Source: Bacteroidia bacterium (lineage in GTDB: Bacteria; Bacteroidota; Bacteroidia; AKYH767-A; 2013-40CM-41-45). Taken from it: a DNA stretch of 64,000 bases. The translations under genes were made by a program, and so were the position numbers. Under the pieces are notes generated by a model, which made no database searches, was not told where the DNA came from, and was given only the letters and a program-made list of their open reading frames with translations. Positions 1 to 9,534 of the stretch are shown piece by piece. The first letter of the stretch is position 1. Each line of letters starts with the position of its first letter. The stretch covers positions 2,451 through 66,450 of the forward strand of contig DAOQWA010000012.1 of the NCBI GenBank assembly GCA_035341855.1. The letters are read 5' to 3'.

Positions 1-2
1 GT

Positions 3-1292
3 ATTCGAAATAATTATATCAGTCTGACAGCTGCATTAAAAACAGAACTATCACCGGTTTCTATAGTTTGGAATTACCTGAGGCAAAATCATCCCGGTAT
101 AGAATTATACCAGAGTGATGAAAGCCATCCTTCCGCTTACGGATCCTATGCTGCCGCATGCTCTTTCTATTCGACGATCTTTAAAAAGGATCCTACTTTG
201 ATCAGCTATGATTTCGGACTAGATGCTGCAGATGCTGCGATCATCAGAGCTGTTGCTAAAACACAGGTTTTCGATCACCTGAATTCATGGGATTACAAGG
301 TGCTTCCTGAATCTGATTTCAGATACCGGACCGGAAATGGCTTGAACGAGGTCTTTTTCACGCCTGTGAAACCGGGCACTGCCGAAATGTATTTCTGGGA
401 TTTTGGAGATGGCAATACTTCGAATATTTCGAATCCTGTTCATTCATATTCTTCCGATGGAACTTATACAGTATCATTTACAAGCAGTACTTGCGATCTA
501 AATGGATTACATAGCAGTACTACTGATACAATAATCCAATTTTGTAGTCACACTCCCTTAGTCAGCTCCCCACATTCCTCCTTATGTCAGGCTGACACTC
601 TATGGACGCAGGCAGCTGACAGTTATCAATGGCTCTACCAGGGAGAATTGATCCCTGAGACCAATCAATTTCTTGCAAACTATATTCAATATGGTATTTC
701 AAATTTCAGTGTGCTAAGTACAATTGCCGGTTGTACTGAATTATCTGTTTTATTCACCGATGTTTCACAATGGTCCGGTTACTATTTTGACCTGAGTCCG
801 GGTGCTGACCCTTGTACCGGTGACACAGTTGTTTTTTCTGTACTGCACATCAATGGCTTTCTTTCCGGAAGTGAAGTTATTCGGTGGTTTAAAAATGACT
901 CCTTACTGAGTTTCGCAAACAATGATGATACCCTTTTAATTCTGAATGGTGGCATCTATGAATGTAAAGTGATCGCACCAAATTCAAATTGCCCGCTGGA
1001 TACTACATCTTATTCCATTGAGTATTCCTGCAGTACAATTGGGATAGATGAGTTAGAAAAAAGTATTAGCTGGAAGCTGTTCCCAAATCCTGTAAATGAA
1101 ATTGTAAATGTTCTGCTGCCATCCGGAGTGCTTCAGGATGAGTTAATGATATATGACCTTAGCGGGCGCTTGCAAAAACAAATTGCTCTTAGTCCGGAAC
1201 CCAGCTTCAGCGTAGATGATCTTGCAGAAGGGGTATATTTTATTCGCTTAAAGAACCGGGCAGCACCTGCCCTTAAGTTCATAAAATACTAA
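3..1292 (+). CDS. 5'-truncated secreted SGNH/GDSL-like hydrolase with PKD domain and T9SS C-terminal sorting domain
   Basis: The frame of ORF 198..1292 is open back to position 3 and reads ...YQSDESHPSAYGSYAAACSFY..., an SGNH block V DxxH motif. It also has a PKD motif (YFWDFGDGNTSNISNPVHSY) and a CTD (LFPNPVNE...IYDLSGR...GVYFIRL). The start lies outside the window. Confidence 0.75.
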   Translation: MRNNYISLTAALKTELSPVSIVWNYLRQNHPGIELYQSDESHPSAYGSYAAACSFYSTIFKKDPTLISYDFGLDAADAAIIRAVAKTQVFDHLNSWDYKVLPESDFRYRTGNGLNEVFFTPVKPGTAEMYFWDFGDGNTSNISNPVHSYSSDGTYTVSFTSSTCDLNGLHSSTTDTIIQFCSHTPLVSSPHSSLCQADTLWTQAADSYQWLYQGELIPETNQFLANYIQYGISNFSVLSTIAGCTELSVLFTDVSQWSGYYFDLSPGADPCTGDTVVFSVLHINGFLSGSEVIRWFKNDSLLSFANNDDTLLILNGGIYECKVIAPNSNCPLDTTSYSIEYSCSTIGIDELEKSISWKLFPNPVNEIVNVLLPSGVLQDELMIYDLSGRLQKQIALSPEPSFSVDDLAEGVYFIRLKNRAAPALKFIKY

Positions 1293-1371
1293 CCTGAAAG
1301 TTCAAAAACGTTTTGCTGTCAAATATAATTTGAATTTAGTTTTTTAAAATGGTCTATAATAGCAATGAACA

Positions 1372-1941
1372 ATGGCTAAAAAGAACGCTAAAACCCTTTC
1401 CACAACAGAAGCTGATGATCTACTCAAGATACTGCATTTGCGTTTTGAAAAAAACATGCAAAGACATAAGGATATAAGCTGGGATAAAGTGGTCTCGAAA
1501 CTTAAATCGAATAGCAAAAAGCTTGTTGTCTTAAATGACATGGAAAAAACCGGAGGCGAACCCGATATTGTCGGCTTTGATAAAAAAACAGGTGAGTATA
1601 TTTTTTATGATTGCTCCCCGGAAAGCCCGAAAGAGCGAAGGAGTTTGTGTTATGACCGCAAAGCACTCGATGCACGCAAAGAGCATAAGCCAAAGAATAG
1701 TGCTATGGACATGGCAGCAGAGATCGGAATAGAAATTTTAACTGAAGAAGAATATAGAAATTTGCAAAAGCTGGGCAATTTCGATTCGAAAACGTCCAGT
1801 TGGGTAAAGACACCTGATGCAATAAGAAAACTTGGTGGAGCAATTTTTTGTGACTTCCGTTTCAATACGGTTTTTGTTTATCATAATGGCGCCGAATCTT
1901 ATTATGCAGCCAGAGGTTTTCGTGGCTCACTAAGAGTTTGA
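1372..1941 (+). CDS. DUF4256-family hypothetical protein
   Basis: Motifs RFEKNMQRH, MEKTGGEPD, SPESPKERRSLCYD and HNGAESYYAARGFRG are typical of DUF4256. Confidence 0.8.
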   Translation: MAKKNAKTLSTTEADDLLKILHLRFEKNMQRHKDISWDKVVSKLKSNSKKLVVLNDMEKTGGEPDIVGFDKKTGEYIFYDCSPESPKERRSLCYDRKALDARKEHKPKNSAMDMAAEIGIEILTEEEYRNLQKLGNFDSKTSSWVKTPDAIRKLGGAIFCDFRFNTVFVYHNGAESYYAARGFRGSLRV

Positions 1942-2007
1942 TATAAATATGTGCATGCATTCAATTTATTATCTGACGTCTCTATAAAAATTAGAACTGA
2001 ATAAATA

Positions 2008-2496
2008 ATGTCTTTGTTCAATCCGATGAAAAAAACACAAGAACTGGCAAGCCGGCTCAGAGAGATAATACTGAATGGTACCTGGGTCGCGAATACAAAT
2101 TACAAAGCTCAACTCAAGGACCTTGACTGGAAAATTGCAACTTCTGAACTCAATTCATTGAACACAATTGCAGCCCTGGCACAGCATGTTCATTATTATA
2201 TTGCAGGACTAACAAATGTATTCAGAGGCGGTAATCTTGAAGTAAAAGATAAATTCAGTTTCGATTTCAAAGCTATTCAATCACAAACTGAATGGGAAAC
2301 ATTCTTGAATAAGTTCTGGAATGACGCTGAAGAATTTTCCTCACAGGTTGAACAGTTTCCTGATGAAAAACTACAAGAGGCATTCGTTGATAAAAAATAT
2401 GGAACCTATCAGCGAAACATTGATGGAATCATTGAGCATAGCTATTATCATCTCGGACAAATTGTGTTGATCAAAAAGCTATTATCATCAGAATAA
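2008..2496 (+). CDS. DinB/DUF1572-like protein
   Basis: NTIAALAQHVHYY and IEHSYYHLGQI match the DinB-superfamily His motifs. The start may be the ATG at 2026. Confidence 0.75.
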   Translation: MSLFNPMKKTQELASRLREIILNGTWVANTNYKAQLKDLDWKIATSELNSLNTIAALAQHVHYYIAGLTNVFRGGNLEVKDKFSFDFKAIQSQTEWETFLNKFWNDAEEFSSQVEQFPDEKLQEAFVDKKYGTYQRNIDGIIEHSYYHLGQIVLIKKLLSSE

Positions 2497-2652
2497 TTAT
2501 TGTTTCAGATTTTATGTCTACTTAGGGTTTGACTAATTTTCTACTCCTCAGCCGGTCAATATGGTTTACATTTCAAACCTCACTTTGTTTCTGACGAGAT
2601 TTCAATTTTCGATAAATGTAAAATATTGTATATAGGATCATTTTTTATTTTT

Positions 2653-5010
2653 TTAATTCATCACAAGCCTTTTCTTCATCGATTTAAATTCATTCTCCAG
2701 AAAAACCACATAGACACCTGATTCAAGATCCGGGAGATCAAGTGCAAGCTTATTAGATCCTTTGTTTGACTCTACCGTTGATGAATAAACCAGCTGTCCT
2801 TTTAAATCAATAACTCTTATGCTTGTTTGTACTACCTTCTGGCAATGATAAACCAGCACTACATCTTCTGTTGCAGGATTTGGATAAATTAAAAAGCCAT
2901 CCTTTTGTTTTCTGAAATCTACACTAATTGTTTGTGAATATGTTGATCGTCCATCATAATCGGTTTGCTTTAGCCGATAATAAGATATTCCTTCATAAGG
3001 ATGTTTATCGATGGTAGCATAGTCAATATTTACAGAAGAGTTACCTGCGCCATCAACGATTTGCACCGGAACAAATTCATTAGCGTCCTTACTTTTCTCT
3101 ACAGTGAAATAATCATTGTTGATCTCTCCTACGGTCATCCATTTTAAATTCACCACATCAAGTTCCGGCTCTGCCGTGAACATTGTAAGTTCTATCGGAA
3201 GGACTTGACAATTCAATGTACTTCCTCCTGTTAATATCCAATCCAATGTAAATCCACTTCCTCCCGGCGACCATTTGTTTACCATCAAGTAGTATGTTTC
3301 ACCTGTCAGAACTGTCTTGGTATCAGTCCATCCATTTCCGCAAACATCTTCGTTCTGATCTGATCCGTTATTTGCAGGACCACATACAGCAGTGTTTGTT
3401 GAAAGGTTCAATGCATTATCCATTCCGGTATTGCCGGTATTGGCAGCGTAAGAACATCGTGTCGGAGAGCCCAGGGTTCCACATGATGTTGCCTGATACA
3501 AAGCAAAATCATAATCATCGCTTGCTACATTAGGAATTATTCTCAAACCCAAAGTTCCATTGTTCTGAATGAGAATTTTATACCAATTACTAAAATTTTC
3601 CGCAAGAACACACCCTCCTCCTCCATCTGAAACTATTCCCGGGCCGGTACTAGCATCTGTGAAACTTTGATCCGTACATATTGGCGTAAACTGTGCACAG
3701 TCACTGTTATCAGTTCCGTTAGGACCATTTGCGCATGGAACACAATCGAATGTGGTTACCCATCCCGGAAGGTTCACTGAGCCATCCGAATTAAATCTAA
3801 AGGTTATACAACCACTTTGATCTGTTGAAACATAGGGGCCCATCCCGGCTGCCATGGTAGCCTGATAAGATGTTGCAGTTCCCGACCAGGTCGAACCTGT
3901 TCCAAACTGAGGACTATTTTGTGTCGGGCCATTAAGTACACTCAGATAATCATAACCCGACTCAGTTGAGAATGACCAGAAATTTGCCCTTAAACATTTT
4001 CCTGCCTCATCAGGACAAAATGTTCTATACACATAATTGATATTATTTGAATAGTTTGATCCGGCTCCGCTATTATCAGTATAAGTACCTCCGCAAGTTG
4101 CAACCATGTTCGTTCCTACATTTGCGTTTTGCAAACCTGAAGTCGGGTGAGTATAGGTAGTTGAACCGGGTGGCGTAGGACAAACACTGCAGGATATTGT
4201 TGCAGCCCATCCGGCATTTACCTGAGTGTTTCCGTCTGTTACAAAGCGGATGGTAATACATCCTGTACTTGATAAAATTGTTCGCGGTGAATTTGATCCT
4301 GAATAAGTTCCCACCTGCGGAGATGCCGTACTTGGCCCATCATATATCGTCATTACATCACCATTCCTCAATGAAAAGGATGTAAATATCATCTTCATGC
4401 AATCACCTGCATTTGAACAGAAGGTTTTTGTGTAATTGTCATATCGTCCATAATTTGATGATGGACCTCCGCTATCATAAAACAAACCACCGCAAGTGTT
4501 CACTGCTGTGTTATTATTTAACAGATACGTCGAACCACATGGACTACAAGAAATATTTGCAACCCATCCTGATCGGTTATTATTTCCATTTGAAACAAAT
4601 CGGAAAGTAAGGCAACCTGAAGATGACACGACATTTCCGGGTGAAGTTGTTCCGGAGAAAGTTCCAATTACAGGAGAGCTCGTATTCGGCCCATCGTAAA
4701 TTGTAAGAATGTCGTTTCCTCCCTGTGTCCTGAAGGCGGTAAAATTTACCGACAAGCAGTTTCCACCTGTAGCACAAATAGTTTGTGTAATATTTAAATT
4801 ATTACCATAATTATTTGTTCCTCCCGGATCATAAAATGTACCGCTGCATGTGTTGATGGTTCCGTTACTCATGGTATATGTTTGAGAATGCGCAGAACTC
4901 ATCAACATAAAGAAGAAGATGATGATCACATATGGAATAGGCTTAGAAAACATTTTTCGATCCGGTTGGGCATGAGGATTCGTGAGAGACTCCACAGAAT
5001 ACTCAATCAT
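2653..5010 (-). CDS. T9SS-secreted protein with three CUB-like domains
   Basis: Three repeats of C-x-G-x-(F/Y)-x-D...(D)xLxIYDG...GCxTxRFxSxG...GW, and a C-terminal IYPNP...GVYVV CTD. The likely start is the ATG at 4953 (MFSKP...AHS/Q signal peptide). Confidence 0.8.
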   Translation of the reverse strand: MIEYSVESLTNPHAQPDRKMFSKPIPYVIIIFFFMLMSSAHSQTYTMSNGTINTCSGTFYDPGGTNNYGNNLNITQTICATGGNCLSVNFTAFRTQGGNDILTIYDGPNTSSPVIGTFSGTTSPGNVVSSSGCLTFRFVSNGNNNRSGWVANISCSPCGSTYLLNNNTAVNTCGGLFYDSGGPSSNYGRYDNYTKTFCSNAGDCMKMIFTSFSLRNGDVMTIYDGPSTASPQVGTYSGSNSPRTILSSTGCITIRFVTDGNTQVNAGWAATISCSVCPTPPGSTTYTHPTSGLQNANVGTNMVATCGGTYTDNSGAGSNYSNNINYVYRTFCPDEAGKCLRANFWSFSTESGYDYLSVLNGPTQNSPQFGTGSTWSGTATSYQATMAAGMGPYVSTDQSGCITFRFNSDGSVNLPGWVTTFDCVPCANGPNGTDNSDCAQFTPICTDQSFTDASTGPGIVSDGGGGCVLAENFSNWYKILIQNNGTLGLRIIPNVASDDYDFALYQATSCGTLGSPTRCSYAANTGNTGMDNALNLSTNTAVCGPANNGSDQNEDVCGNGWTDTKTVLTGETYYLMVNKWSPGGSGFTLDWILTGGSTLNCQVLPIELTMFTAEPELDVVNLKWMTVGEINNDYFTVEKSKDANEFVPVQIVDGAGNSSVNIDYATIDKHPYEGISYYRLKQTDYDGRSTYSQTISVDFRKQKDGFLIYPNPATEDVVLVYHCQKVVQTSIRVIDLKGQLVYSSTVESNKGSNKLALDLPDLESGVYVVFLENEFKSMKKRLVMN

Positions 5011-5130
5011 AAAATAACCAATTCAAAGTCCGGTGGCGATTTTATTCGTTTAATCCCTTTAAAAACTTGGTAAAATGCCTGTTAACAATGGCGAAAACAG
5101 CAAAAAACTCCTCAGAAAAATTTTATAAAA

Positions 5131-7053
5131 CTACACTAATACCGATTCACCCACCAGTTGCCGTACTGCATTTTTAATCGCATCTGCATTGAAGTGACAT
5201 TCTTCGTATAATTCCTTTTGTTCTCCATGCTCTATAAACTGATCCGGAATTCCAAGACGAATAACGCTCGCACTGTAGCCATGGTCTGCCATGAATTCTA
5301 TCACCGCACTTCCAAAACCGCCCATGATACAGCCATCTTCAACGGTAACTATCTTTTTAAACTTCTTAAACACCTGATGTAATAACTCGGCATCAAGAGG
5401 CTTTGCAAAACGGAGGTCATAATGTGCAGGATGCATTCCTTCAACATTTAAATCATTACAGGCCTGAACAGCAAAATTTCCCGGATGACCAAAACTAAGG
5501 ATAGCTACTTCTTCGCCATCGCAAACTTTTCTTCCTTTACCGATTTGCAATTCCTGAAAAGGCTGACGCCAATCGAGAGTAACGCCATTTCCTCTTGGGT
5601 AACGAATAGAAAAAGGTGCATTTGTACTTTCCAGTTGTGCAGTGAACATGAGGTTTCGCAATTCAATTTCATTCATCGGCGCAGAAACTATCATGTTTGG
5701 AATACACCTGAAATATGCAATATCAAAAGATCCGTGATGTGTTGGACCATCAGCTCCGGCAAGACCTCCGCGATCGAGGCAAAAAATCACGTGAAGATTT
5801 TGCAAGGCAACATCATGCACAACCTGATCATAGCCACGTTGCATGAATGATGAATAGATATTACAAAATGGTATCATACCCTGTGTCGCCAGTCCTGCAG
5901 AAAAAGTAACTGCATGTTGTTCAGCAATGCCTACATCAAAAGCACGTTCAGGAATTTCTTTCATCATGATATTCAAAGAACAACCTGAAGGCATAGCAGG
6001 TGTTATACCTACTATCTTCGGATTTAATTTGGCCAACTCAACAATAGTGTGACCAAAAACATCCTGATACTTCGGTGGCTGAGGTGCTGTCTGAGCCGGC
6101 TTTACAATCTCACCGGAAATTTTATCGAACAATCCCGGAGCATGCCATTTTGTTTGATCTTTCTCTGCAAGATCATACCCTTTTCCTTTTACCGTAAGGC
6201 AGTGTAATATTTTCGGTCCCGGAATATCTTTCAGGTCATTCATCACCTTCACCAATCTATTTACATCATGACCATCAACCGGACCGAAATAACGGAAGCG
6301 TAATGATTCAAATAAATTACTTTGCTTTAGTAATGAAGTCTTGATCGCATTCTCAACATTGGAAGCAATCTCTTGCGCATTCGGACCGAAGCGACTGATG
6401 ACGCCTAACAGCTTCCATACTTCATCTTTTACTTTATTGTAAGTATGCGAGGTAGTAATATCAGTCAAATATTCTTTTAATGCACCAACATTAGGATCGA
6501 TGCTCATACAATTGTCGTTCAGAACGACAAGCAAATTCGAATTCTCGACACCGGCATGATTAAGTCCTTCGAATGCCAGACCGGCGGTCATCGCACCATC
6601 ACCTATGACGGCAATATGTTGTCTTGCAGTTTCACCCTTGATCCTTGAGGCAACAGCCATACCTAAAGCTGCAGAAATAGAAGTCGAAGAGTGACCAACA
6701 CCAAAGGTGTCATATTCACTTTCGCTACGTTTCGGAAAACCACTTATTCCCTTATAAATTCGGTTAGTATGAAAAACGTCTTTCCGACCTGTGAGTATCT
6801 TATGTCCATAAGCCTGATGGCCTACGTCCCAGACAAGTTGATCAAAAGGGGTATTAAATACATAGTGTAAGGCTACTGTAAGCTCTACAACTCCCAATGA
6901 AGCGCCAAAATGCCCTCCGTTAACAGACACAATATCAATGATATAGTCCCTCAGATCATGACAAACCCTCAAAAGCTCAGTTTCGGGAAGTTTTCTCAGA
7001 TCTTCAGGAACATTGATTTTCTTCAACAAATCTCCCGGCTTATGATCCATCAT
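5131..7053 (-). CDS. dxs: 1-deoxy-D-xylulose-5-phosphate synthase
   Basis: GGHFGASLG, WDVGHQAYGHK, the ThDP motif GDGAM...NDN, DVGIAEQHA and DGPTHHG. Confidence 0.97.
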   Translation of the reverse strand: MMDHKPGDLLKKINVPEDLRKLPETELLRVCHDLRDYIIDIVSVNGGHFGASLGVVELTVALHYVFNTPFDQLVWDVGHQAYGHKILTGRKDVFHTNRIYKGISGFPKRSESEYDTFGVGHSSTSISAALGMAVASRIKGETARQHIAVIGDGAMTAGLAFEGLNHAGVENSNLLVVLNDNCMSIDPNVGALKEYLTDITTSHTYNKVKDEVWKLLGVISRFGPNAQEIASNVENAIKTSLLKQSNLFESLRFRYFGPVDGHDVNRLVKVMNDLKDIPGPKILHCLTVKGKGYDLAEKDQTKWHAPGLFDKISGEIVKPAQTAPQPPKYQDVFGHTIVELAKLNPKIVGITPAMPSGCSLNIMMKEIPERAFDVGIAEQHAVTFSAGLATQGMIPFCNIYSSFMQRGYDQVVHDVALQNLHVIFCLDRGGLAGADGPTHHGSFDIAYFRCIPNMIVSAPMNEIELRNLMFTAQLESTNAPFSIRYPRGNGVTLDWRQPFQELQIGKGRKVCDGEEVAILSFGHPGNFAVQACNDLNVEGMHPAHYDLRFAKPLDAELLHQVFKKFKKIVTVEDGCIMGGFGSAVIEFMADHGYSASVIRLGIPDQFIEHGEQKELYEECHFNADAIKNAVRQLVGESVLV

Positions 7054-7066
7054 TTTTTTGCTTATA

Positions 7067-7074
7067 CAAATATA
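7067..7074 (-). promoter_or_regulatory. Bacteroidota -7 box (dxs)
   Basis: TATATTTG, 13 nt upstream of the ORF start. Confidence 0.6.
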
Positions 7075-7232
7075 GAAAGATTCATTGGAACGTGCTTCGG
7101 GAACTCTTTATTCTAGGCAAATTGACTGAATTTTCCCCTGTCCCTGCATGCTTAAAGTTTATCTTCTTCAAGATTCATCTTAATTTGCCTAAGCCCCTAT
7201 TAATTGTCATTTTTGCCGAATAATATAAAATT

Positions 7233-8615
7233 ATGAAATCAATACGGGTCATTGACCTTTTGCAATCGAAGGAGACGGGGATAGATGTTTTTTTACAAGG
7301 ATGGGTTCGTACCCGCCGGGGTAATAAACAAATTGCATTTATCGCGATCAATGATGGCTCGATAATTCATTCCATTCAGGTTGTTGCTGAAATTGAAAAG
7401 TTCGGCGAGGATTTCATGAAGACGATTACTACAGGCGCATGTATTTCGGTGAAAGGAAAACTTGTTCCTTCTCAAGGGCAAGGCCAAAGTGTAGAGATAC
7501 AAGCTGAAAAAATTGAATTACTTGGAGGCGCTGATGAAACTTATCCATTACAAAAGAAAGGTCACTCTCTTGAATTCCTGAGAGAGATCGCACACCTGCG
7601 TCCTCGTACAAACACCTTTGGTGCTGTGTTACGCATGCGTCATCATATGACCTTTGCGATCCATAAATATTTTAACGACAAGGGATTTTTTAATCTGCAT
7701 TCACCGATCATTACCGGTTCCGATGCAGAAGGAGCCGGAGAAATGTTCCAGGTTACAACTCTTGACTTTGATAAAGTTCCCCGCAATCCGGACGGTACCG
7801 TAAACTATAAAGAAGATTTTTTCGGTAAGGCGACCAACCTCACTGTATCCGGACAATTAGAAGGAGAGTTAGGCGCCATGGCATTGGGACTAGTCTATAC
7901 ATTCGGACCAACCTTTCGAGCGGAGAATTCAAATACACCACGCCACCTTGCAGAGTTTTGGATGATAGAACCTGAAATGGCATTCTATGATCTTGCAGAC
8001 AACATGGATCTTGCAGAAGATTTTTTGAAGTATCTCATCTCCTATGCTCTCAAACACTGTAAGGATGATCTTGACTTTCTGACCAACCTTTACGACAAAG
8101 AATTATTAAATCGTTTGAAATCTGTCGTCAGCAAACCATTTAAACGGTTAACATATACAGAAGCGATTGAAGTCCTCGGATCATCTTCAAAAAAATTCGA
8201 ATTCCCTGTGAGCTGGGGTACAGATCTTCAAAAAGAACACGAGAATTATCTTGTTGAACATTTTCAAAGTCCGGTGATCTTATCCAATTACCCGAAGGAA
8301 ATCAAGTCATTTTACATGAAGCAAAATGAAGATGGCAAGACGGTTCGGGCTATGGATATTTTGTTTCCATGGATAGGCGAGATCATTGGAGGATCGCAGC
8401 GTGAAGAGAATCATGAAAAACTTCTGGCTCGCATCAAAGAGATGAAAATTCACCAAGAAGAACTGTGGTGGTATCTCGAAACACGTAAGTTTGGAACCTG
8501 CGAACATTCAGGCTTCGGACTTGGCTTTGAAAGGTTGATGCTGTTCGTTACGGGTATGACTAACATCCGTGATGTGATACCATTTCCGCGTACGCCGAAG
8601 AATGCGGAGTTTTAA
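7233..8615 (+). CDS. asnS: asparagine--tRNA ligase
   Basis: N-terminal OB fold (GWVRTRR), [35 protein letters not shown] and GFGLGFER. Confidence 0.97.
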   Translation: MKSIRVIDLLQSKETGIDVFLQGWVRTRRGNKQIAFIAINDGSIIHSIQVVAEIEKFGEDFMKTITTGACISVKGKLVPSQGQGQSVEIQAEKIELLGGADETYPLQKKGHSLEFLREIAHLRPRTNTFGAVLRMRHHMTFAIHKYFNDKGFFNLHSPIITGSDAEGAGEMFQVTTLDFDKVPRNPDGTVNYKEDFFGKATNLTVSGQLEGELGAMALGLVYTFGPTFRAENSNTPRHLAEFWMIEPEMAFYDLADNMDLAEDFLKYLISYALKHCKDDLDFLTNLYDKELLNRLKSVVSKPFKRLTYTEAIEVLGSSSKKFEFPVSWGTDLQKEHENYLVEHFQSPVILSNYPKEIKSFYMKQNEDGKTVRAMDILFPWIGEIIGGSQREENHEKLLARIKEMKIHQEELWWYLETRKFGTCEHSGFGLGFERLMLFVTGMTNIRDVIPFPRTPKNAEF

Positions 8616-8736
8616 TGGGGCTCGATTCTTTTCTTTGACATAACTTTTCTTAGTGTTTACTGTATTTATATTAACACTAAACAGCTAAGAAAAACGCAAT
8701 TGTCAATTACTCAAAAAAGTCCATAAAGAACTCCCT

Positions 8737-9300
8737 TTAAAATTTTATCCTCGCATTAATTCCAAAGTCAATCCATTCCGGACCGGGCTTTAACAGGCTA
8801 TAAAAGGGGTTGGCATCTATACCAATGGTAAATGGAATTTTTCGTGTATCATATTCCAAACCAACCATAACATCCATACCTGCAGCAATGGTTTGATCTT
8901 TATAAAAAACAGGCTGCCCCTCTTTGATACTGTAATAGTCGTATTTGAAATAACTGGCATGCCCACCTATTCCAAAAACGATATCGACAGGTATCTGCAA
9001 CATCGAATTAAAGATCGGCAATTGTTTCACGAAATAACCCTTGGCAATGTATCCACCCTTGGCTTCTCTTGTAATTCCGGCCTGTATCTCGAATCCTGTA
9101 TTTGAACTGGCATCAAAGAAATGTTTGACGTTTATACCTGTTGCGAATTTCCCGACGCGAAGCCCTGCTGCGGTTGTGTACTGTGCGTGGACTACCGAAT
9201 ACTGAAATAGCATCAAGGCAAATAAGATTGAAATGAATGTAAAAGTTTTTTTCATTGGTGTATGCGTTGAACTTATGGTATTCAAACATACAATCAGCAA
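8737..9300 (-). CDS. hypothetical outer-membrane beta-barrel-like protein
   Basis: Signal peptide from the ATG at 9255 (MKKTF...VHA/Q), alternating beta-strand pattern (GLRVG, GINVKHF) and a terminal aromatic residue (IKF). Confidence 0.6.
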   Translation of the reverse strand: MLIVCLNTISSTHTPMKKTFTFISILFALMLFQYSVVHAQYTTAAGLRVGKFATGINVKHFFDASSNTGFEIQAGITREAKGGYIAKGYFVKQLPIFNSMLQIPVDIVFGIGGHASYFKYDYYSIKEGQPVFYKDQTIAAGMDVMVGLEYDTRKIPFTIGIDANPFYSLLKPGPEWIDFGINARIKF

Positions 9301-9534
9301 CAGAGCCGGAAGGATAATAAATTGATAAAAGCTTACAAAAAGGATTAATCGTCTTATTATTTTGAATGCCCATTTTTAAACGGGAATGGCATTGGATTTC
9401 AAGAAAAACTGTAGCAATTCAAAAACAGACCAATAAAATTAAAAAGAACAGCGTAGGTATGCACATTCGCAATAAATCTTACAAAATGTTTTTAAGTATG
9501 GTTGAAAAAATAACAAATAAATATATACTGTCTG

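Noticed and set aside
1372-1941. C-terminal GFR motif suggesting a diversity-generating retroelement target
   Set aside because: No reverse transcriptase and no template/variable repeat pair are in the window.
7631-7640. ACGCATGCGT palindrome resembling the WYL box half-sites
   Set aside because: It has no spacer and lies inside the asnS coding sequence.
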